Source: Acidobacteriota bacterium
Lineage (GTDB): Bacteria; Acidobacteriota; UBA6911; RPQK01; JAJDTT01
Assembly: GCA_965209055.1 (NCBI GenBank)
Contig: OZ242374.1
Span: 1,344,001 to 1,408,000, forward strand
Reading direction: 5' to 3'
DNA length: 64,000 nucleotides
Made by a program: the position numbers and the translations under genes. Below the pieces are notes generated by a model. That model saw only the letters and a program-made list of their open reading frames with translations. It ran no database searches and had not been told where the DNA came from. Below, piece after piece: positions 49,586-59,891 of this stretch. The first letter of the stretch is position 1. The number at the start of each line of letters is the position of its first letter.

Positions 49586-50013
49586 AGCTTGATCGACTGG
49601 GACTGCCTCATGACACCCATCTGCATCTCGTAGATCAGGCTGTCCAACAGCTTCGACTCTTCATTCGACAGATTCCCCCGAGTCTTTTCCCTCAACACGG
49701 TCAGGACTGCGATCATCTGCCGGGCGCCAGGGATATTTTCCTCTCTCTTTCCCGATACCGGGTCGGGAATGGCGCCCAAATGAACCATGCCGGTGGTCGC
49801 CAAAGAAAGGACGAAGCCGGAAAAATCGATCTCTGCTTCAGCGGATGCCCCTCCCGCCCCGGGAGGACGCGACTCCTCGGCGTCCGTCTCGGCCGGCTTT
49901 TCCTCCACATCCTTCGCCGCCGTCTCCGGAGGTTCCGGACGCAATTCTCCATCCTCGGAGAAGATCCTCCGATCATGGACCTTGAAGCCTCCCTCGCCTG
50001 AATCTCCCGTCAT
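49582..50013 (-). CDS. DUF1844 domain protein
   Basis: FKVHDRR, F..FVLSLAT..LG..PDP, L.EKTRGNLS.EE. Confidence 0.8.
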   Translation of the reverse strand: MTGDSGEGGFKVHDRRIFSEDGELRPEPPETAAKDVEEKPAETDAEESRPPGAGGASAEAEIDFSGFVLSLATTGMVHLGAIPDPVSGKREENIPGARQMIAVLTVLREKTRGNLSNEESKLLDSLIYEMQMGVMRQSQSIKL

Positions 50014-50078
50014 GGATCCGTCCCTTCTGCTTGCGTTGCTTCGGCAGCCGCTCCGTTATCCCGCGTGCCGGACAGCGG

Positions 50079-51113
50079 TCAAGGATGAAGAATGACCTTC
50101 GTGAGGCCTGGCTCGCGCGCGTACAGCCTGTCGAACATTTCCTGACCGCGCTCCAGCGGCACCGACGCGCTCAGCACCGGCCGAACCCGGATGGCGCCGC
50201 GCCGCATCATATCCAGGCAGGCAGGATAATCGTTGGAAGAGGCGCACGAGCCCAGCACGTCGATTTCCCGGGTCACGACGCTCTGCAACCCGAATCCGAC
50301 GGTCGGCGCGATATTGCCGATCAGGACAACCGTCCCTCCCTTGCGCACGCTTTCGATGGACATGGCCACGGTTTCGGCGATCCCCACCGCCTCCATGACC
50401 ACGTCTGCCCCGAGCCCGCCGGTCATCTCTCTCAGCACCGCCGGCACGTCCGTCCCGTCGCCCGATTGAATGATCTCGTCCGCGCCGAGTTCCTTCGCCA
50501 GCCGCAGGCGGTCGGCCGCCAGATCGGCCGCGAAGATCCGTCCGCAGCCCGCGCTGCGCAATGCCTGGATCGTCAGCAGGCCGATCATCCCCGCCCCCAC
50601 AACCAGTGCCTTGTCCCCCAGCGCCGGGTTGGCGCGGGCGACGGCATGCACGGCGACGGAAACGGGCTCCACCATGGCCGCCTCGTCGAAGCTGACCTCG
50701 TCAGGCACCCGGAACACAACGTGGTCCGGAACGGTCACGTACTCGGCAAACGCGCCGTGCTGCCGGTAGTCGCCGCAGGAGACACCGAGCACGCGCCGGT
50801 CCTCGCAGAGGTTCGGCCGGCCTGCTCGGCAAAAGACGCAGCTCCGGCAACAGATCATGGAGTCAAAAGTGACCCGGTCGCCAGGATCGAAAGCGCGGGC
50901 TGCGGTTCCCACCTCCGCCACGACGCCCGAAGCCTCGTGGCCCATGATCACCGGCGGGATCCGGCGCCCGGAACTGCCGTCGTAGCCGTGCACGTCGCTT
51001 CCGCAGATTCCGCACGAACGCACCCGGACCAGCACCTCGTTGGGCGCGGCGTCGGGGCTCGGGACATCCAACAGGTCCAGCTTCCTGTACTGGTTCAGGA
51101 CAAGCGCTTTCAT
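50079..51113 (-). CDS. Zinc-dependent alcohol/polyol dehydrogenase (galactitol-1-phosphate dehydrogenase-like)
   Basis: CGICGSDVHG, GHEASG, C..C..C structural Zn, GAGMIG. Confidence 0.9.
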   Translation of the reverse strand: MKALVLNQYRKLDLLDVPSPDAAPNEVLVRVRSCGICGSDVHGYDGSSGRRIPPVIMGHEASGVVAEVGTAARAFDPGDRVTFDSMICCRSCVFCRAGRPNLCEDRRVLGVSCGDYRQHGAFAEYVTVPDHVVFRVPDEVSFDEAAMVEPVSVAVHAVARANPALGDKALVVGAGMIGLLTIQALRSAGCGRIFAADLAADRLRLAKELGADEIIQSGDGTDVPAVLREMTGGLGADVVMEAVGIAETVAMSIESVRKGGTVVLIGNIAPTVGFGLQSVVTREIDVLGSCASSNDYPACLDMMRRGAIRVRPVLSASVPLERGQEMFDRLYAREPGLTKVILHP

Positions 51114-52012
51114 GGCTTCTTCGCGCCTGGGATCGAGGCTTTGCCGGCAGTCCCCAACCCCCGTTTCTGGGCCTGCCATCGCTGTTCCATCTCCTCCGGC
51201 TCCACTTCCGCCAGCGGCCGGCCCTGTCCGGCGAAGTGCTCTTCCATGATTCGGTAGCGGCGGGAAAATTTTCGGTTGGCCCGGCTCAGGGAAGTTTCCG
51301 GGTCGACCTGGAGAAAACGAGCCACGTTGATGGCGGCAAAGAGAAAATCACCGATTTCTTCCCGGATCTCCGCTTCGTTCCGCTCGCGGACGGCGGCCGA
51401 CAACTCCTGGAACTCCTCCATGACCTTGTCTCCCAAGGCCTCGAGACTCGGCCAATCGAAGCCCACCCGCGCGGCCTTGGCCGACATCTGATAGGTAGCG
51501 TATATGGCAGGCAGCCGATCCGGCAAGGAGTCCAATGGAGACTTCCGATCCTCGTCCTGGCCCTGGTCCTCCTTCTCGGCGGCCTTGATCCGTTCCCATT
51601 CCCTCAACAACTCGCCACTCGATTCGAAGCGAGCCTGCCCGAATACGTGGGGATGCCGGCGGACCATCTTCTGGTGGATGTTCCTGCAGACGTCGTCGAT
51701 ATCGAACTCGCCTCTCTCCTTGGCGATCCGGCTATGAAAGACGATCTGAAGCAACAGGTCTCCCAACTCGTCGCACAGCGCCGCTGGAGACGACCAATCC
51801 AACGCCTCCAGGACCTCGTAGCTCTCTTCGATCAACATGGCCTTGAGGGTTTCAGGCGTCTGCTCCTGATCCCACGGGCATCCACCGGGCCCCCTCAGCG
51901 TATCCATCAGCTCCACGAGCTTTCGAAAATGGGGATGGCGGACCGGATTCCCGGTGTCGTTGTCATCGGACGGTTCTGAACGGACCGCGTTTGCCGGATC
52001 GAACGCCGTCAA
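51110..52012 (-). CDS. mazG: Nucleoside triphosphate pyrophosphohydrolase MazG (TTG start inferred)
   Basis: LRGPGGCPWD.EQT, EESYE, DELGDLL, RRHPHVF, EEIGDFLF. Confidence 0.93.
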   Translation of the reverse strand: MTAFDPANAVRSEPSDDNDTGNPVRHPHFRKLVELMDTLRGPGGCPWDQEQTPETLKAMLIEESYEVLEALDWSSPAALCDELGDLLLQIVFHSRIAKERGEFDIDDVCRNIHQKMVRRHPHVFGQARFESSGELLREWERIKAAEKEDQGQDEDRKSPLDSLPDRLPAIYATYQMSAKAARVGFDWPSLEALGDKVMEEFQELSAAVRERNEAEIREEIGDFLFAAINVARFLQVDPETSLSRANRKFSRRYRIMEEHFAGQGRPLAEVEPEEMEQRWQAQKRGLGTAGKASIPGAKKP

Positions 52013-53823
52013 TTTCCAATCACCTCGAACTGTTCGATGGAAAGCAACGGGTCCGTCTTGACCCGAACTTTCTGCCCCGTCAGCTTTTTGATCTCCTTGA
52101 GCACCAGGTTCTCTCCCCCCCGCAGCGCCTTCCCGATCTCCGGATGGCAACGAATGGTCATCGACTTGGCGTCCGGAGAAAGGGGAAGCATCTTGTGCAC
52201 CTGGTGATGAACGGAGTAGCAGACGGTGCGGACGGAACGGGTCAGGCCGGTGCCCTCACAGACCGCGCACCTTTGGGAGAGCGTCCTCTCCAGGGACTGT
52301 TTGTCCCGTTTCCGGGTCAGCGCCACCAACCCGAACTCGTTGAAATCGAGCACCTTGAATGGAGCCTTGTCCTTGGACAACTCCCTGCGGAGCGCCTCCA
52401 GGACCTGCCGCTGGTTTGCGCTGTCGGACATGTCGATGAAATCGATGATGATGATTCCGCCGATATTGCGGAGGCGGATCTGGCGGGCCAGCTCCTTGAC
52501 CACTTCCAGGTTGGTCCTGGTAATGGTGTCTTCCAGAGAATCGGTCTTGCCGACGTAGCGGCCGGTGTTGACGTCGATAGCGACCAGCGCCTCGGTCTGA
52601 TTGATCACGATGTGACCGCCGCTCTTCAACCAGACTTTCGGGCGCAACGCCTTTTCGATCTCTGCGTCGATCCCGTAATCCTGGAGAATATCCGAGTCCT
52701 TGGGGTAGAGCTTGATTCGCGAGGCCAAGTCGGGACTCAGACGGCGAACCATCTCCAAGGTTCTCTCGTACTCCTCCTCGTCGTCGATATGGACTTGGCG
52801 AAAGTCCGCGGAAAGGTAGTCTCGCACCACCCGTTCCGAAAGGCTCGGCTCGGCGTAGACCTGCGCCGGCGCCGCCATCCGCTGACCCTCCCTCCTGACT
52901 CGGTCCCAGAGCTGGGTGAGATATTCCATATCACGACGCAACTCCTCCTTCGAATGGTTCTCCGCCACCGTTCGTACGATGAAGCCGCCCTTGGTGAAAT
53001 CGCGCCGCAATTCACGGATCAGCCTCTTCAGACGCCGGCGTTCCTCATCGGACACGATTCGCCGGGACACACCGACGTGGCTGACAGTTGGCATATAGAC
53101 CAGATACCGGCCGGGAAATGCCACGTGGGAGGTGATCCGGGCCCCCTTCCGGCCGATCGGCTCCTTGGACACCTGAACCAGAATCTCCTGGTTTTCCTGA
53201 AGCATCCTGCCGATGGACTGATGAGTTGCATTTCCGGCGCCTCGCCGCTCACGGCTCCGATTTCTCCGGCTCGATTTTCCGGACGCACCGTTGGACTTGC
53301 CACCGCCGGACCCGCCGGCGCCTCGCGAAGGAGAGTCGAATCCGCTCAACCACTCGGGAAGAATCGTGGGAGACCAGCCCGCAGCAGCTCTGCCCGTGCC
53401 AACGGGTTCCGCGCCGATCCCGGAATCGACGGAGATTCGCGACGGGAGAATAGACGTCCGGCCCGATCCCTCCCACGAGATCTCATTCCGGCCGTCATCG
53501 GCCCCAAGCGATTCGGCAACTGCCCCTCGACCTTCGGTCGCCGCCCAGTCGGCGTCCGCTTGCGAGTCGAAACCCGCTTCGACACCGGGATAATTCTCTT
53601 CAAGAAAATCCGAGACGAAAAGAAATGCGCCGCGGCCCAGGCCGATGTCCACAAAGGCCGCCTGCATACCGGGCACGATCTTGCTCACGCGGCCCTTGTA
53701 GATGTTGCCCAGTATGCCCCGGGTCCTTTCCCTCTCGATGAAGACCTCCACCACCTGACCGTCTTCCAGGAGTGCGATCGTCATCTCGAGCGGAGTCGAG
53801 CCGATGATGAGTTCCTTGATCAT
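52009..53823 (-). CDS. rng: Ribonuclease E/G family protein
   Basis: GNIYKGRV..PGMQAAFVDIG, KEPIG.KGAR, IDVNTG, GGIIIIDFIDM, C..C Zn link. Confidence 0.92.
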   Translation of the reverse strand: MIKELIIGSTPLEMTIALLEDGQVVEVFIERERTRGILGNIYKGRVSKIVPGMQAAFVDIGLGRGAFLFVSDFLEENYPGVEAGFDSQADADWAATEGRGAVAESLGADDGRNEISWEGSGRTSILPSRISVDSGIGAEPVGTGRAAAGWSPTILPEWLSGFDSPSRGAGGSGGGKSNGASGKSSRRNRSRERRGAGNATHQSIGRMLQENQEILVQVSKEPIGRKGARITSHVAFPGRYLVYMPTVSHVGVSRRIVSDEERRRLKRLIRELRRDFTKGGFIVRTVAENHSKEELRRDMEYLTQLWDRVRREGQRMAAPAQVYAEPSLSERVVRDYLSADFRQVHIDDEEEYERTLEMVRRLSPDLASRIKLYPKDSDILQDYGIDAEIEKALRPKVWLKSGGHIVINQTEALVAIDVNTGRYVGKTDSLEDTITRTNLEVVKELARQIRLRNIGGIIIIDFIDMSDSANQRQVLEALRRELSKDKAPFKVLDFNEFGLVALTRKRDKQSLERTLSQRCAVCEGTGLTRSVRTVCYSVHHQVHKMLPLSPDAKSMTIRCHPEIGKALRGGENLVLKEIKKLTGQKVRVKTDPLLSIEQFEVIGN

Positions 53824-53927
53824 TGCACCCTCGGGAGACGATCCCGCGGTGGGACCGGTGAACGAAAACGCCGTCATCCGGCGGGCGCCGGCGCAGCCGG
53901 CCCCGGCGCAGCCTCTTGCGCGCGCCC

Positions 53928-53933
53928 ATTATA
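53928..53933 (-). promoter_or_regulatory. -10 box (TATAAT) upstream of rng
   Basis: Perfect TATAAT on the minus strand ~105 nt before ATG 53823. Confidence 0.45.
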
Positions 53934-54001
53934 CCTTCAACCCTGGCGTCTCCGTCCTTTTCGCCGGATGACACGAGTTCCGTTCGATGACTTCAGGTAA
54001 A

Positions 54002-54081
54002 GGAGCGGCGGTTTCCTAACCGCCGAACTCCGGTGTGACAAACTTGGCGACGAAGATTGGGCGATTGGAAATCGCCCCTCC
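54002..54081. repeat. Inverted REP doublet (REPIN-like)
   Basis: GGAG-CGGCGGTTTCCTAACCGCCG (54002-54025) and, inverted, GGAG-GGGCGATTTCCAATCGCCC (54059-54081). Confidence 0.8.
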
Positions 54082-54115
54082 TTGCGCGGCGGCGGGGCGG
54101 CAACCGGCCGGCGGA

Positions 54116-55201
54116 TCAGTTCACGTAACTCTGAGACTGGGCGCTGAGGGCGACGCCCAGAGCCGAGAAGGTGACGATGGTGAATGAGCCGCCGTAGCTG
54201 AGAAGAGGAAGGGGGATGCCGATGGGCGGCAACAGTCCAAGCGCCATTCCCACGTTCACCAGAACGTGGGAAGAGATCATGCTGACCACGCCTGTGACCA
54301 CCAGAATCACGGTCCTGTCGCGCGCCTCGGCAGCGATGCGAATCAGCCTCATCAGAACCAACAGATACAACAGCAAAATGACTCCGGCGCCGACCAGACC
54401 GGTCTCTTCGGCCAGAAGCGCGAAAATGAAATCGGAGTGAATTTCCGGGACAAAACCGAAATGGCTCTGGCTACCCTGACCGATTCCTCTGCCGAGAACG
54501 CCACCCGAACCGATGGCGATCTGGGATTGCCGGGTCTGGTATCCGATCCCCTGAGGGTCCAGTTCAGGATCGAGCGTGGTCAGGATTCGCTGCTTCTGAT
54601 AGTCCTTCAGGTAGATCCACACGGCGGGAGAGGCGCACAGAATGGCGACCATGGACCAGACCAGGACCCTTTTGCACAGGCCCGCCACCACAACGATGCC
54701 CAGGACGATCGGCAGGTACATGAGCGCAGTTCCCAGATCGCCTTGAAGAACGACGAGAACCACGGGAACCAACGTCAGAAACCCCACTTTCAGAAGATGC
54801 CACATGCCGGGATGCCGCCGGTTCAAGCCGGCCAAGGATTTCGCAAGGGTCAAGAGGACCGCCAGCTTCCCCATCTCGGACGGCTGAATTTGAATCGGAC
54901 CCAGGACCAGCCAGCTCCGGCTGCCGTTGATTTCGGAACCGTAGAGCAGCACCAGAACCAGGAGCACCAGGCCTCCGCAGTACCAGATCGGAGCGTAGTC
55001 CGTATACAAACGGTAATCCAGGCTGACCAGAACCCCACAGACGCCGATCCCCAGGGCAATCCAGATGAGTTGCCGGATAAAGAGCCCGCTGGAGCCAAGT
55101 TCCGCAGCGCTGTAGACGCCCACGCCCCCAATCAGCGAGAGCGCCAATACCAGAACCAACAAAACGGGGTCCAGGCCGGTGCGAATACGACGCCGTATCA
55201 T
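54116..55201 (-). CDS. rodA: Rod shape-determining protein RodA
   Basis: QPSE.GK, QGDLGTA, GYQ..QS.IAIGSGG, HSDFIF, GIPLPLLSYGGS. Confidence 0.94.
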   Translation of the reverse strand: MIRRRIRTGLDPVLLVLVLALSLIGGVGVYSAAELGSSGLFIRQLIWIALGIGVCGVLVSLDYRLYTDYAPIWYCGGLVLLVLVLLYGSEINGSRSWLVLGPIQIQPSEMGKLAVLLTLAKSLAGLNRRHPGMWHLLKVGFLTLVPVVLVVLQGDLGTALMYLPIVLGIVVVAGLCKRVLVWSMVAILCASPAVWIYLKDYQKQRILTTLDPELDPQGIGYQTRQSQIAIGSGGVLGRGIGQGSQSHFGFVPEIHSDFIFALLAEETGLVGAGVILLLYLLVLMRLIRIAAEARDRTVILVVTGVVSMISSHVLVNVGMALGLLPPIGIPLPLLSYGGSFTIVTFSALGVALSAQSQSYVN

Positions 55202-55207
55202 GGGATC

Positions 55208-57025
55208 CTACTGCCTCGCCATTTCCCCGACCCTGTCCGGCCTCCGTTTGTCGTGGAACACCTGCAGTACCTTCGCCGCAATCGGAGCGGCGACGGCTCC
55301 GCCCGAGCCGCCGGCTTCAACCAGGACGACCACGGCGACCTCAGGGAACTTCTGGGGAGCAAAACCCACAAACCAGGCATTGGCAGTGAATCGGGAGGCC
55401 TGGGCCTCGTCGAGCTTCGAAAGGCCCGCCTGGCCGATGGTTTGCGCCGTCCCCGTCTTCCCGCACACGTCGAAGCCGTTGACCTGAGCGGCGCGTCCCG
55501 TGCCATACCGATTCACAACTTCCCACATGGCTTCCCGCAACAGATCGAGATTGTCACTGGAAATCTCGATCGCGGACGCGTTTCCTGCCGGCCGGCGCCT
55601 GGGAGCCTGGTCCCGGGCCAGATGCAGGGGAGCGGCAGATCCGGTGGCCAGGATACCGACCATCCGGGCCAGTTGAAGCGGCGTCAGGTGGACCGGGCCC
55701 TGACCGATGGAGACGGAAACGGTTTCCCCTCGATACCACTTCTCCCGCAAGGTCCGCCGTTTCCATTCCTTGGACGGGACCAATCCGGCAACCTCCCCCA
55801 CCAGGTCGATTCCGGTGGGCCGGTCGAGGCCGATGGCCTGTCCAAAGCCGGAGATCAGATCGATGCCCAGGGTCTTTCCGAGCTGGTAAAAGTACACATT
55901 GCAAGAGCTGCGGATCGCTTCCCGAAGCGACACCGGGCCATGCCCCTCCTTCTTCCAGCAGCGGAAATGGTGCCCGTACAGAGTCACTCCGCCGCCGCAA
56001 ACGTGGGGCCGGTTCGGATCCACATCTCCCCATTCCAGACCGGCGAGCGCCACGACCAGCTTGAAGACCGATCCCGGAGCAAACGTACTCTGGAGCGCCC
56101 GGTTCTGGAGTGGATGGTGTTCGTCTCCGACGAGGCGGTCCCATTCGCTCCGGCTGATGCGGGCTGCGAACCGGTTCGGGTCGAAAGCCGGCTGGCTCAC
56201 CATGGCCAGAATCTCGCCGTTTCGGGGATCGAAGGCGACAACCACTCCCCGCCGTCCGCCGAGTTGTTCTTCCGCCGTCATCTGCAGGTCGAGGTCAAGC
56301 GTGAGCTCAAGCGCGGCTCCCTCCTCGGGTGGAACCTGGCCCAACTCGTCGATGGTGCGCCCCAGGCTGTCGACGAGAATCTTACGGGTTCCGTTCCGGC
56401 CGGCCAGATGACGATTGTAGACCCATTCTACAGCATACTTGCCGACGATGTCCCCGGCCTTGAATTCGGAAAACTCCGTGGTCTCCAACTGGCCCCGCGA
56501 CGCCTCGCCCACATAACCCAGGACATGCGCGGCCAATTCTCCGTGCGGATACGACCGTCTCGGTTCGGACAGAATGTCCAACTCCGGATGCTCGCCCTTC
56601 CGGGAGAGGAGATAGGCCACCTCCGCCATGGTCAGGCTCTTTTTGACCACCAGCGGCTGGTAAGGGGAATAGCCGTCGGTCTCGGCGAAGCGTTGCTCCA
56701 GACGCTTTCTGTCAAGACCAAGACCCTGGACCAGATAGTCCACGGTGGCCTCCAAATCCGATGCCTCGCTCCGATAACAGACCAAGCTGAACGAGTTCGC
56801 GCTGCTCGCCAATACCCGTCCTTCGCGATCGTAGATCACTCCGCGGGGGGCCCGGATGGGGATGTTACGGGCGCGGTTGCGCTCCGCCGCCACGCTATGT
56901 TGGGTGAAATCGACGACGGTCAGGTGCCAAAGCTTCAGGAAAAGCCCCAGAAACAAAACCACGAGAAGCCGCTGAATCCATTTGAGGCGAAGCCGGCAGA
57001 GCGAATTGTCCTGATAGATGGGCAT
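55208..57025 (-). CDS. mrdA: Penicillin-binding protein 2
   Basis: APRG.IYDR, PGSVFK, SCN, GKTGTAQ; in the mre cluster. Confidence 0.94.
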   Translation of the reverse strand: MPIYQDNSLCRLRLKWIQRLLVVLFLGLFLKLWHLTVVDFTQHSVAAERNRARNIPIRAPRGVIYDREGRVLASSANSFSLVCYRSEASDLEATVDYLVQGLGLDRKRLEQRFAETDGYSPYQPLVVKKSLTMAEVAYLLSRKGEHPELDILSEPRRSYPHGELAAHVLGYVGEASRGQLETTEFSEFKAGDIVGKYAVEWVYNRHLAGRNGTRKILVDSLGRTIDELGQVPPEEGAALELTLDLDLQMTAEEQLGGRRGVVVAFDPRNGEILAMVSQPAFDPNRFAARISRSEWDRLVGDEHHPLQNRALQSTFAPGSVFKLVVALAGLEWGDVDPNRPHVCGGGVTLYGHHFRCWKKEGHGPVSLREAIRSSCNVYFYQLGKTLGIDLISGFGQAIGLDRPTGIDLVGEVAGLVPSKEWKRRTLREKWYRGETVSVSIGQGPVHLTPLQLARMVGILATGSAAPLHLARDQAPRRRPAGNASAIEISSDNLDLLREAMWEVVNRYGTGRAAQVNGFDVCGKTGTAQTIGQAGLSKLDEAQASRFTANAWFVGFAPQKFPEVAVVVLVEAGGSGGAVAAPIAAKVLQVFHDKRRPDRVGEMARQ

Positions 57026-57123
57026 GACTAGCGATGCACCTCCAGCCACCATTGGCGAAAGCCGTCAACGGTTGCCCGGGGACTGCTGCGCCTGGACTGC
57101 CCTGCCCTGCCCAAAGGGATCTC

Positions 57124-57693
57124 CTAGAAAGGATCTTCCTCGACCATCGGGTTCCGGGTGAAATCCTTGGGAGGAAACTTGATCCGATCGTAACCGCGAA
57201 AAACGAAGACTCCGGCCACCGCCGCAACACAACTGCGAATAGCGACGAACGACACCGAGCTATCCGGCAACGGCTGGCTGAGTAGGTCCAAGATAGCAAC
57301 CATGAGAACCGTGTCAAGGGCAGCGGCCGCCGCCAACAACAACATGCGCCCGAGAACGCCTTCCGCCGCCGCCCTCACGCGTAGCAGGCCAACCAGGTAT
57401 CCGATCAGGGTCTTGCTCAAGCCATTGAGCCCCAGGAGAGTCCCGACCAGCAAATCGGACAGCAGACCGAAAGATGTGCCCCAGAACGCCCCCTTGGCCG
57501 CCGTCGAATGCATGGCCAGATACAGAACCAGTATCAGCGGAAGATCGAAGTAACGCCGTAAATCCGGCAGCGTCCGGCTGAGCAGGATTTCGAAGCCTCC
57601 TGCGAGCAGGAGCAGAATAAGAATCTCGGTTCGGGAAAATCGGGCTTGCAGAGGGGCCCAACTTGACTCGGGGGCGGGTCGCGGACGCTTCAA
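57124..57693 (-). CDS. mreD: Rod shape-determining protein MreD
   Basis: Hydrophobic; DL.LILV, GLLSD...G.LG; between mreC and mrdA. Confidence 0.85.
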   Translation of the reverse strand: MKRPRPAPESSWAPLQARFSRTEILILLLLAGGFEILLSRTLPDLRRYFDLPLILVLYLAMHSTAAKGAFWGTSFGLLSDLLVGTLLGLNGLSKTLIGYLVGLLRVRAAAEGVLGRMLLLAAAAALDTVLMVAILDLLSQPLPDSSVSFVAIRSCVAAVAGVFVFRGYDRIKFPPKDFTRNPMVEEDPF

Positions 57694-58499
57694 GGCAAAC
57701 GTGCGACGAGAACTTCCTCAACCTTGGCAAAATCGACGAAGGGCTCGACCTTGATGTTGCGATGGACCATTTCCCCTTTCTCTGAGGTCACGACGCGGCC
57801 GACCGGAATGCCTTTGGGATAGATCCGGTCGGTCCCGGAAGTGTAGACCAACTCCCCGACATCCACCGACTCGTGATTGGGGATGAATTTCCACTCGAGG
57901 AGATCGCTTCCGTCGCCTTGGAGCACGCCTTGCAGCCGGGAGTCGGCCAGCATGGCGCCGGCCGAAGCACCCCGGTTGGTCACCAGTTCCACCTCCGAGC
58001 TCATGGGTGTGGTCGCCACAACGCGCCCGATGATGCCGGACAGGCCGATGACCGCCAGGTTCCGCTTGACGCCATGGCGGGTCCCGACGTTGATGCCGAG
58101 ACGACGACTGAAGAAGGGAGCGGTCTTCCAGATAATGGTGGCCATCGTGGTTTCGAAAAGATACTGCCGGGCGAGGATCTGGAGTTCGGTGCTGCGGCCC
58201 AGCATCGACTGAACGCTCTTGAGCTGCGCGTTCTCAAGGCGAAGCCTGACGACCTCCGCCTCCAATTCCTCGTTCCGCTCCTGAACTCCGAAGAGAATCA
58301 CATAGCGATTCAGCGCTCCCTCGATACTGTCGGCCGCCGCCGACACCGCCAGCGCGAGAGGGGAGATCACGGCCACCCCCAGGGTCCTCAGCAGCGTATG
58401 GCCGTCGGGATTCCGCACCTGCGCCGAGATCAGCACCAAATGCAATACGACCGCCAAGATGACCAGAGGCAGTGATTTCCGTTCAGCCAGCCAACTCAT
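57690..58499 (-). CDS. mreC: Rod shape-determining protein MreC
   Basis: N-terminal TM + coiled coil; GIIGRV, TSG.D.IYPKGIPVG.V. Confidence 0.92.
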   Translation of the reverse strand: MSWLAERKSLPLVILAVVLHLVLISAQVRNPDGHTLLRTLGVAVISPLALAVSAAADSIEGALNRYVILFGVQERNEELEAEVVRLRLENAQLKSVQSMLGRSTELQILARQYLFETTMATIIWKTAPFFSRRLGINVGTRHGVKRNLAVIGLSGIIGRVVATTPMSSEVELVTNRGASAGAMLADSRLQGVLQGDGSDLLEWKFIPNHESVDVGELVYTSGTDRIYPKGIPVGRVVTSEKGEMVHRNIKVEPFVDFAKVEEVLVARLP

Positions 58500-58673
58500 T
58501 CAGCAGTCCGTGATGAAGGTCCCGCCGGCACCGGGACCGTGGCTGCGCCCATCCGGACAAGGCGCTCTTACCAAGTATATCGGGAGAATGTGACCGGGGC
58601 GAAACGCGTCGCCCCCGGGACGCCCGCGCGGGAGAATGCCGTGACGACTCTTGCCGGGAGCTGCAGGAGATGC

Positions 58674-59696
58674 TCAGGAACTGATCCTCCTCAAGAGCTC
58701 GATGTCCTCGAGCATCTTTCCGGTCCCGATGGCGACAGAGGAGAGCGGATTCTCGGCCACATAGACGGGCAGGCCCGTCTCCAGGACGATTCGTTGATCC
58801 ATCTTCTGGAGCAGCGCGCCCCCTCCGGTCAAGATGATTCCCGTGTCCGATATGTCGGCGGACAATTCGGGCGGCGTCCTCTCCAGGGCGACTCGGACCG
58901 CATTCACGATGGCCACCATGGAGTCGGCCAACGCCTCGCGAATCTCCTCGTCGGTGACGGTCACGGTCTTGGGAATTCCCTCGATGAGATTCCGTCCCTT
59001 CACCTCCGCGGTGATGGGATCCGGCAGTTCGGCCGCCGATCCGAGCTGGATCTTCACTCGCTCGGCCGTCCGTTCACCGATGAGCAGGTTGTGCTTTCGC
59101 TTGATGTACTGAATGATGGCCTCGTCCATTTCGTTTCCCGCCACCCTGACGGAACGGCTGTGGACGATCCCCGCAAGGCTGATGACGGCGATGTCGGTGG
59201 TCCCGCCGCCGATGTCGACGATCATGTTCCCGTTCGGCTCGGTAATGGGAAGACCGGCTCCGATGGCCGCCGCCATCGCTTCCTCCACCAGATAGACCTC
59301 GCTGGCCTTCGCGCGGAGCGCAGATTCGCGAACCGCCCGCTTTTCCACCTGTGTGATCTCGGAAGGGATGCAAATGATGATCCGGGGACTCAGCAGAAAA
59401 CTCCTGTTCTGAGCCTTTCTGATGAAATAACGGAGCATTTCCTCGGTCACGTCGAAGTCGGCGATGACCCCATCCTTCATGGGCTTGATGGCGACGATGT
59501 TGCCCGGCGTCCTCCCCAGCATCTCCTTGGCGTCAGTCCCAACGGCTTCCACTTTGTTCGTGAACTTGTTGATGGCGACGATGGAAGGTTCGTCGACAAC
59601 CACTCCCTTCCCCCGCGCGAAGACGAGAGTATTTGCCGTGCCCAGATCAATGGCCAAATCGTGGGAAAAGGATTTGAACAGGGAACGAAAGATCAT
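58674..59696 (-). CDS. mreB: Rod shape-determining protein MreB
   Basis: IDLGTANT, EPSIVA, DIGGGTT, LTGGGALL. Confidence 0.97.
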   Translation of the reverse strand: MIFRSLFKSFSHDLAIDLGTANTLVFARGKGVVVDEPSIVAINKFTNKVEAVGTDAKEMLGRTPGNIVAIKPMKDGVIADFDVTEEMLRYFIRKAQNRSFLLSPRIIICIPSEITQVEKRAVRESALRAKASEVYLVEEAMAAAIGAGLPITEPNGNMIVDIGGGTTDIAVISLAGIVHSRSVRVAGNEMDEAIIQYIKRKHNLLIGERTAERVKIQLGSAAELPDPITAEVKGRNLIEGIPKTVTVTDEEIREALADSMVAIVNAVRVALERTPPELSADISDTGIILTGGGALLQKMDQRIVLETGLPVYVAENPLSSVAIGTGKMLEDIELLRRISS

Positions 59697-59838
59697 AGGC
59701 CCCTATTGCTCCTCGAAATTCAGCGGGACCACACCGTCAGCCATGGCAGTCCCGTTTCGCTGTCGTCCATTATCGGACGCCGCCGGTTTTTACCGCAAGA
59801 AAACTCTCTCCGGAGACCGCGTAGCAGTATCCGCCTCA

Positions 59839-59847
59839 TGTTATAAT
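59839..59847 (+). promoter_or_regulatory. Extended -10 promoter (TGtTATAAT) for the ppiD-like gene
   Basis: TGnTATAAT ~45 nt upstream of ATG 59892, followed by a GGAGG RBS. Confidence 0.55.
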
Positions 59848-59891
59848 CGGCGACTGACGCAAACCTGATTCGGGGGCTGACGGAGGACTGG

